Part shown: piece after piece, positions 55,803 through 64,000 of the stretch
Position numbering within the stretch: the first letter of the stretch is position 1
Layout of the letters: every line of letters begins with the position of its first letter
From: Octopus vulgaris
Taxonomy: Eukaryota
Direction of reading: 5' to 3'
Length of the DNA: 64,000 nt
Assembly: GCA_951406725.2 (NCBI GenBank)
Contig: OX597833.1
Span: forward strand, 24,490,001-24,554,000
Made by a program: the position numbers and the translations under genes
Notes under the pieces: model-generated
Database searches by the model: none
Seen by the model: the letters and a program-made list of their open reading frames with translations, nothing else
What the model was told of the DNA's origin: nothing

Positions 55803-56125
55803 GTTACAGAGATGTACTTGCATAGCAAGTGACTTGATCTGAGATCGTGTGCTGGAACGAAAACAGTTGCAGCGTTGAAGGTGTTTATAAGCCATTTAAG
55901 AAACACACAAAAACCGTTAGATTCACTTCAACATTTAAATTTAATTTGTCAAAATATTTTCGTCGCTTTGAGACCGCGACCTGTTAGCACGATATTTTTG
56001 TCAGTGAACAGGTCGCGGTCTCAAAGCGACGAAAATATTTTGGCAAATTAAATTTAAATGTTGAAGTGAATGTAACGGTTTTTGTGTGTTTCTTAAATGG
56101 CTTACAAACACCTTCCACGCTGCAA
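55803..56125. mobile_element. fold-back PLE-like insert in (TA)n (G3-C8 HHR family)
   Basis: Inverted arms ~55866-55985 / 56007-56125. Confidence 0.8.
55997..56047 (+). ncRNA. type I hammerhead with GUGAACA (G3-C8) core
   Basis: tttgtca GTGAACA g gtcgc ggtctcaaa gcgac GAA aatatt t tggcaaa. Confidence 0.7.
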
Positions 56126-56490
56126 TATATATATACACATATATATATATATATGTATGTATGTATGTATGTGTGTATATGTGTATGCATGTATGTGTGT
56201 GTGTGTGCGTGTCTGTGCTTGTGATTGTCCTCCACCACTGCTTGACAACGAATGTGTTTGTTTACATCCCTGTCACCTAGTGGTTTGACGAAGGAAACAG
56301 ATAGAATAAGTACAATGCTTACAAAAATAAAACTGGAGTTGATTCATTAAACTACAATTCTTCAAGGCATTGCCCCAGCATGGCCACAGACCAATGGCTG
56401 GAAAAAGCAGAAGAATAAAAGAATACATTCTCTGCTTTGGTCTTATGTTCAAGGCATGAGAAAGCTTGAGTTTACATGAGAAGGCCTAAC

Positions 56491-56755
56491 AGACCTGGTA
56501 GAAACAGCAGCCAAATCTCCCTCAAATCACACGTTACTGTCTTATGTATGTATATATATATGAGCCAATGAGGGGGACCTCTACATGGTAGCTAGACCTG
56601 GTAAAAATAGCAGCCAAATTTCCCCCAAATCACACCTTACTGTCTTATCTATGTATATATGTATGTATGAGCCTATGAGGGAGACCCCTACATGGCAGCT
56701 AGACATGGTAGAAATAGCAGCCAAATCTCCCTCAAATCACACCTTACTGTCTTAT
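56491..56755 (+). repeat. tandem repeat, ~105-bp period, about 2.5 copies
   Basis: agacctggtagaaatagcagccaaatctccctcaaatcacac-like units at 56491, 56594 and 56701. Confidence 0.85.
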
Positions 56756-56825
56756 CTTTCTGCTACTTGGATATAGGTCTTATATTCGTCGTAAAAAACT
56801 TTCCTGTCACACACTCACGCATACG

Positions 56826-56874
<49 letters not shown>

Positions 56875-57007
56875 ACACGCACGTTAGCTTACAATTTTAT
56901 TTATATATTTCCGTGTCTTTGTGTGGAAAGAGGAAGTGGGAGGCAGAGTGAAAGAATCACTCACTACAGTAAGTGAATTACTTTCATTTTATTCGTTGCC
57001 CACTGTG

Positions 57008-57247
57008 TGTGTGCGTTTGCGTGTGGTGTAAACCAGACTAAGAAAAGCATTTGACACACACACCAGAATGTGAGTTTTCTGTAAATTTTGCTTAATTGGA
57101 GTTTAAATTTTAAAAACTGGACCTGGCATGACGCGATGCATTGTACTCTTAAAAATGCTAGGTAAATTGTAATTGAAGAAATCCTATATTGTAGATTTGT
57201 ATAACTCCCAAAGGGAGGCAGATAAAATCTGCCTTTTATAATAAGAT
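57008..57247 (-). mobile_element. Helitron-like 5' segment, family H4
   Basis: Homologous to 14690-14972. Confidence 0.55.
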
Positions 57248-57491
57248 ATATATATATATATATGTGTATATATATATACACTTACATAATACGTATATGT
57301 ATATATGCATACCTTGGGCAAGTGTCTTCTACTATAGCCTCGGGCCGACCAAAACCTTGTGAGTGGATTTGGTAGACGGAACCTGAAAGAAGCCCGTCGT
57401 ATATATGTGTGTGTACATGTTTGTGTGTCTGTGTTTGTCCCCCCAATTCGACAGGAATAAATTTGGAAATGAAAAACATTTACCATCTAGT

Positions 57492-57569
57492 ACCCTGGAC
57501 CAATTGGTTTCTGATTATCTTTTAGCGAGTCAGGGGGAACTCACAAGGTCTGATTTTCTTCAGCAAGGT
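57492..57569 (-). ncRNA. type I hammerhead inside a fold-back insert (57446-57620)
   Basis: accttg CTGAAGA [long irregular stem II] GAA accaattggt C cagggt; ~44-bp inverted arms on both sides. Confidence 0.65.
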
Positions 57570-58025
57570 CCAACTTAGATGATAAATGTTTTTCATTTCC
57601 AAATTTATTCCTGTCGAATTTTATCCGTTATTTTTGTGGTTTACAGAACCTAGCAGTTCTTTATAATGTGTTGAATTCACGTTAAGTGAATTCCTTATGT
57701 GTATAAATATACACTATATCGTATGACTAATAAATAGTTTTCTTGACTAATTTTTTTTGCACGCTAGACCACTGGAAATGTAAATGTTGATTGAATATTT
57801 TAATTTTAATTAAAATTCCATTTCCCTTTGATATGATTATATATGTATATGTATATATATATGTATATATGTCGTATTGACGAGTTTCGTTTTTTTCAAT
57901 TTCCCGAAGAGAAGATTGCATTGTTTATACCATTTATTCTTTTGAATAGTATCAGTGGAATTTTCGAAACATGTGTAGAAAGTAAAAATACTTGTTTAAA
58001 CCTGCGTTAACTCCATTTTGTATTC

Positions 58026-58117
<92 letters not shown>

Positions 58118-58118
58118 G

Positions 58119-58202
<84 letters not shown>

Positions 58203-58534
58203 GATATAAGATTTGTAGAAAATTATATATAATATTTATTGATACAATAGTTTATAAATTAACACCGGGAAAATGAACCTATGAAAGATATCCCTCAAAG
58301 AACACCAAAACTAAATCACAAAATATAATAAAAAGTCCTGAAAATATTCAGAGCAAATATTATTGAATAGCATGGCTGTGTTATTAAGAAACTAGGTTTG
58401 TAATCAACGTGGTTGCGGTTTCAGTCACACTATACAGCACCTTAGTATATTACTATATGATCAGGTCGACAAATGCCTCCTGAGTAAATTTGGTTGACAG
58501 AAATTGTGGAAGATCTGGAAGACCGTCATATGTA

Positions 58535-58878
58535 TTCTTTTACTTGCTTCAGTCATTTGACTGCGGACACGCTGGAGCACCGTCTTTTAGTTGAAGAAAT
58601 CGACCCCAGGACTTATTCTTTTTAAACCTAGTACTTATTCTATCGGTCTCTTTTGATGAAGCGCTAGGTTACGTGGCTATAAACACACCAGCATCGGACA
58701 CGATTAAATACACACACACATATTTATGACGGTCTTCTTTCAGTTTCCATCTACTAAATCCACTCACAAGGCTTTGGCTAGCCCGAGGTTAGAGTAGAAG
58801 ACACTTGCCTAAGGTTCTATGCAGCGGAATGAACCCCGAACAATGTGGTTGGGATGCAAACTTCTTACCACACAGTCA
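58535..58878 (-). mobile_element. SINE family A
   Basis: Reverse complement of the family consensus. Confidence 0.8.
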
Positions 58879-58950
58879 TATATATATATATATATATATA
58901 TATGAAAAAACAAGTCAAGATAGAAAATGCTAAAATAATTTTATAAAGAA

Positions 58951-58998
58951 CATTTCAGTACCGGTTTCGGTCATTTTGAGAATTTTTCAACTGTAACG
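58951..58998 (-). ncRNA. hammerhead-like motif with UUGAAAA (U3-A8) core
   Basis: cgttacag TTGAAAA attc..gacc GAA accggt A ctgaaatg; stem II weak. Confidence 0.5.
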
Positions 58999-59657
58999 AT
59001 TAAATAATTAAATTTAGAAAAATTAAAAGAAAAGTTTAAAGGAATATTTGTATAGTGTTCAAATATAAGTGGCATTCTGCCTTTCTCTGTCTCCCTTGTT
59101 TGCACTTGTGTGTTCGAGGTCGTTGTGAATTCTTGGTAGGGTAGAAGAAGAAGGTTGATGAGATGGGGTGGAAAAATTTGGGAGTGCCTTGATTGTCGTA
59201 TTTTGAATGGTCAGTGACGGCTAGCAGTTGCAGTGCAATTCAGGAGAATATTTCTATTGAAAGGTTTGTTTATGGAATTTGCGTAGGTGTTATACTAAAA
59301 AGCATTAGTGATAAAGTTGAGAGGTAGAAAGTGGAGCAGAAGAAGAAGAAGAAGAAGAAGAAGAAGAAGAAGAAAAAGAAGAAGAAGAAGATGACGATGT
59401 TGATGATGATAATGATGAGAAAGAAGAAGAACAAGGAGAAGGAGAAGAAGAAGATGATGATGATGGTGATGATGATGACGAAGATGATGATGATAATGAT
59501 GATGATGAAGAAGAAGAGGAAGAAGAAGAAAAAAGAGAAGGGAGAATATGAATGAGTGGAAGTAGTGAGGTGTTGTATGACTTGAAGTTGGCACGTTATG
59601 GATTATAGCTGTGATTGGGGCTGATTTGTAATATAAATATATATATATTGTGTGTGT

Positions 59658-59718
<61 letters not shown>

Positions 59719-60679
59719 TGCTTTTGTCAGTTCATTCCCTTACCGTTTAACAACCGGTTTGCGTTTTTTACATCCTCGCAAACTAGCGGTTCAGGAAAAG
59801 CGCCCGATGAAAAAAGTACCGGAATTGTTTCTAAAAAAGTAAGTATGGAAACTATTTGTTGAAGGTGCTGCTCTAGCACGATCGCTCTCAAGTGACTAAA
59901 ACAATTAAAGACAAAGGATAAAAGGAGCAACAATAACCTAAATTGTGTTTAAGAAGGTGAGGAAAGGAAATAGAAGGGTGGTCCTTAATTCAGAACAGGC
60001 AGAACCGTAGCGAAGGGAAATATATTACAAAGGAAATGTATTTAAATCATTGCAGAATGATTCTAGACCCAAATTTCAGACCTTGTTCAAATTATTTAAA
60101 GGAGTATTATCTTTTCAAAAGGTAAATTGGTAAATTAGCAGAATCATTAATCCTTCAGGTAAACTATTTGTATATATTGTACACACAGAGTCTTATGGCT
60201 AAAATGAAATACTTGTGAAGTCCTGGGGCCGATATCATCGACTCATCCCATCCCCTAAAATTTTTGATCTTGTGCCAATGTTTCAAACGATTGTTATTAA
60301 ATTAGTGACATTTCGTCCGTCTTTACGTTCTGAGCTCAAATTCCGCCGAGGTTGACTTTGGATTTAACCCATTCGGGTTCTTAACTTTGAAAAAAGTTAA
60401 GATCATTCTGATGTACTTTATAGCTCGTTTGATACCACTTAACTAATAACACCCATATTTCTTCCCACGGAGAGAACTTAGAGCAATCACTTTTTAAATC
60501 AAACACAATCTAGAACTTATATGAAGTATGTTGACAAATTTGCGCGCTGTGCGTTGGTAATCAAATTAATATATGTAAATATCTTTTTTTAATGCCTGAC
60601 ATAGCGTCTATTAGAAAAATAAGATAAATTCAATGCATTTAAACTAGGTTTTAAATCTTGTAACTATACATACACACAC

Positions 60680-60728
<49 letters not shown>

Positions 60729-60921
60729 CACACACACAGACATATACACATTTTCACTCACATATGGGCGGGCGAGCATATACTCGCATACTTACACTTA
60801 TGTATACACACACACACTCATATATGTATATACATACAAATACATACACATACACATACACACAAACACACATTTATATATTCCTATATCTATATATGTA
60901 TTTATATAGACGCACTCTACC

Positions 60922-60952
<31 letters not shown>

Positions 60953-61315
60953 TATATGTATTTGGATTACGCATACATACTACTAAAGTGTAAACAAATA
61001 AACAAAAGTCTGCGAATCAAAACAAGATAAGATAAAAACTAAAAAAATAAAAATAAAACCAAAAAGACCGGAAAGAAAAAAAAATTAAAATAAAAGTATA
61101 AAAGCGTAAAGAATATTTTGACATCATAAATTTCATAAATTGATGTGACAGACTGTTAAGAAAAAATTCCAGGAACGAAATTATAGAATTTCATACTAAA
61201 CTGTGCACAAAAATTTACTTTATTAACTACAAATGTTTTCACTCTGTCGTTCTTCACTATTTTATTATCATTATTGTTGTTGTTATAACTGCTGTTGTTG
61301 TAGTTGTTGTTGTTG

Positions 61316-61385
<70 letters not shown>

Positions 61386-61893
61386 CATTATTATTATTAT
61401 TATTGTTAATAAGGTTATAACTGTAATACTTCCTTGATATATATTTACTTAGGGAATTTATTTAGATAATGTGTATCAATTTCAACGGAAGGGGATAAAA
61501 ACAAAAACAAAAATCCCTCCAAAGCAAAAAAAAACAAACCATAAAAGAAAACCAGCAAAAAAGAAACATTATCAGCGGTCGATCACCGCCGCCATGTCAG
61601 TTGCATTGTAAAAAATATATGACGTCTTTGTTAAAAAACAAAAATATCCATCGGCTCGTAGATGACTAATGGTGACACTACATGAAGTATTTAAGGTATT
61701 AACCACACATATACACAACTCGAACACGCATTCGTACACACCTACACTCACATACATGCACACAACTACAGATACATACACGTACATACACATACGTACA
61801 CGCACACTCACGCACAAAGCAACATAAAAATAACCCAGGCGCAAACACACATGAAAAATATTACGTGTGTATGTGTGTATATGTGTATGTATG

Positions 61894-61926
<33 letters not shown>

Positions 61927-62229
61927 ATAAAATTTCACATATACCCAAGTATCTGTGTATATGGATAGTCTTTGTAAATAAATAGCTGTGTAAACGAAGC
62001 TTGAGAACTTATTACGAACGCGAAGCATTTTATTTTTCTTTATAAATGAACCACACACACACACACATACACACAACTACACACTCACACACACATATTA
62101 TATGTAAATGTTTGTATATGCATATGTGTAGTTATGTATTTACATTTATAGGTGTATCATATATATACATACGCACACGTATACATACGTATGTATATAT
62201 GTATGTATTTATCTATGTATGTGTGTATG

Positions 62230-62900
62230 CATATACCAAAATGGCTGATGGAATAAGGTTTTGAGAAAGACATGAGGAAATCATGATAACTTTCCGTTGT
62301 ACATTGGAAGCATTGCTCCAAATTCTTATGAATTATGGTTTGTGGGCATTTATAGAAGCTTGGTGCAGGAACATCATAACAACAGCTCATGACGCTGATG
62401 TCGTGCGCAGTTTTATGTCATCAGTGTCATGAACTGTTATTATAATGCGATTTTTTTTTTGGTTTTGACTGACTAAGACTATACGTGAGGCATTCACCAA
62501 ACATGGGCAGACATATTCCATAACGCTTTGGACTTTTGAGTTCGTGTCAGTGACTCTTTTTTCCGCGTCCATCTTGCTATTGGTATCTTGTAATCAATCC
62601 TCCAAGCCTCAATACAACTTTGTCACAGGATGTAGACATATGTTCAATCCAAGACAGCCAACTGATCTATTTCAAACTGCATTTTACAGGCAGGTGGGGT
62701 TCTAAAGCTTAATTTCGAAGAATGACAGGTTTCTTTATATTGAGAAAACCATTGCTTTGTGCACTGACGCCCCAAATATGACGTTCAAGTCATTTTCCAA
62801 TGCTTTCAGCTAGACAAAGAACCAATTTAATATAACTCCTATCGCTTCACTTTTCTCAGTTATCGTTACCATTACAAAAATCGCAAATTCATCTGTATTC
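62230..62900 (-). pseudogene. possible highly decayed BEL/Pao LTR retrotransposon pol fragment
   Basis: Faint motifs only (VVLRLGGL; IVLVSQNQKKNRIII); many stops. Confidence 0.25.
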
Positions 62901-63317
62901 AGGTACAATTAATTTTGGCAGTCATTGACCAAGAAATCTAATCAAAGGTGCAGGTGTGGTTGTATAATAAGAAGCTTTCTTCCCAACCACATGGTTCTAG
63001 GTTCAGTCCCACTGCGTGACACTTTGTCTACTATAGCTTCAGACCGTACAAAGCTTCCTTAATTTTTGATGCACATGACGCGCTCAGCATCTCTTCCTCT
63101 GGCACGCCACCACACAGACACGTGTGTGTGTGTGTACAATTTATGCCTGTATATATGCACATACATATATACATACATATATATATAATCACCGTGACCG
63201 ACCAGGCTATCAGTTGTTGCTACACATCACTGGTCACAATGCGCTTCGAATTGTTTAAGCCTTCAAATGACGCCACCCCGGTGGCTAAGCGAGCTGGCCA
63301 ATATATATATGTAGTAG

Positions 63318-63653
63318 TGACCCCCTTCGGTCAGACACTGACCATGGGTTTGCACCTAGAGAGTTACTCTCTGAGGCACAAGTCTGGGCAAGGTTGTTTC
63401 ATGGAAGACCAGCAGTCGCCCATGCATACCGGCCTCCCCTCTCCACGTCACCGATGTTGTCCAAGGGAAAGGCAAGGGCCGATACAGCTTGGCATCTGTG
63501 ACGTCGCAACTCATTTCTACAGCTGGGTGAACTGGAGCAACGTGAAATAAAGTGTCTTGCTCAAGAACACAACACGCAGCCCGGTCCGGGATTCGAGCTC
63601 ACAACCTCACGATCGTAAGCTCGACGCTCTAACCACTGAGCCACGCGCCTTCA
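63318..63653 (-). mobile_element. SINE family C variant
   Basis: Reverse complement of the 43911-type element. Confidence 0.8.
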
Positions 63654-63859
63654 CATATATATGTACAATGTATGTGTATATATATATATATATATATAAA
63701 TCGGGTAAATGCCCTTTAGAAGACGAAAAAAGGTTATTTACCCGATTCTTTAAGCTGTCCTCAAGCCTCCTTGCATTCGTGAACTCCATTATTTTCTGTA
63801 GATTACCGGCACTTTAAGTTTGTATTTTGCTTACTATTAATACATACATACATACATAC

Positions 63860-64000
63860 AAAAATTTTTACCGCAACCACGCAGCAGAATACAGAGACAT
63901 GAGAGGAGGAGTAGTGAACAACACGGGAGTTCCTTCACAAGAAGACATAGACTCCTTCTGGAGGAAAATCTGAAGTAAAGAGAAGGAATTTAACTAAGAC
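63860..64000 (+). pseudogene. R4/Dong-like non-LTR retrotransposon ORF fragment running off the window
   Basis: KNFYRNHAAEYRDM...VPSQEDIDSFWRKI*SKEKEFN resembles the pre-RT FYR...P...FW..IW motif; begins directly after (TACA)n. Confidence 0.5.

Noticed and set aside
57871-57905. TTGAAAA...GAAACTCGTC on the minus strand
   Set aside because: No stem II between the core strands.
63188-63300. HDV-like ribozyme suggested by ggctaagcgag
   Set aside because: P1, P3 and P1.1 could not be assigned.

Overview
AT-rich, microsatellite-saturated eukaryotic non-coding DNA. The SINE families and repeat landscape suggest an octopus or related cephalopod genome (inference). No intact protein-coding gene is supported; nearly all listed ORFs are microsatellite translations. 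The window holds many tRNA-derived SINEs (three families), non-autonomous Helitrons, two decayed mariners, a piggyBac fragment, remnants of L1/Tx1, RTE, R4/Dong and Penelope-like (PLE) retroelements, and an intron-containing tRNA-Lys pseudogene. The main result is about 10 type I hammerhead ribozyme (HHR) motifs from about 7 sequence families. They sit in short inserts, many of them fold-back or tandem, mostly within or beside (TA)n tracts. They include a 445-bp tandem retrozyme-like unit and non-canonical cores that keep the 3-8 pair (G3-C8 in two copies, U3-A8) or carry U4C. All folds were assigned by eye and catalytic activity is untested.
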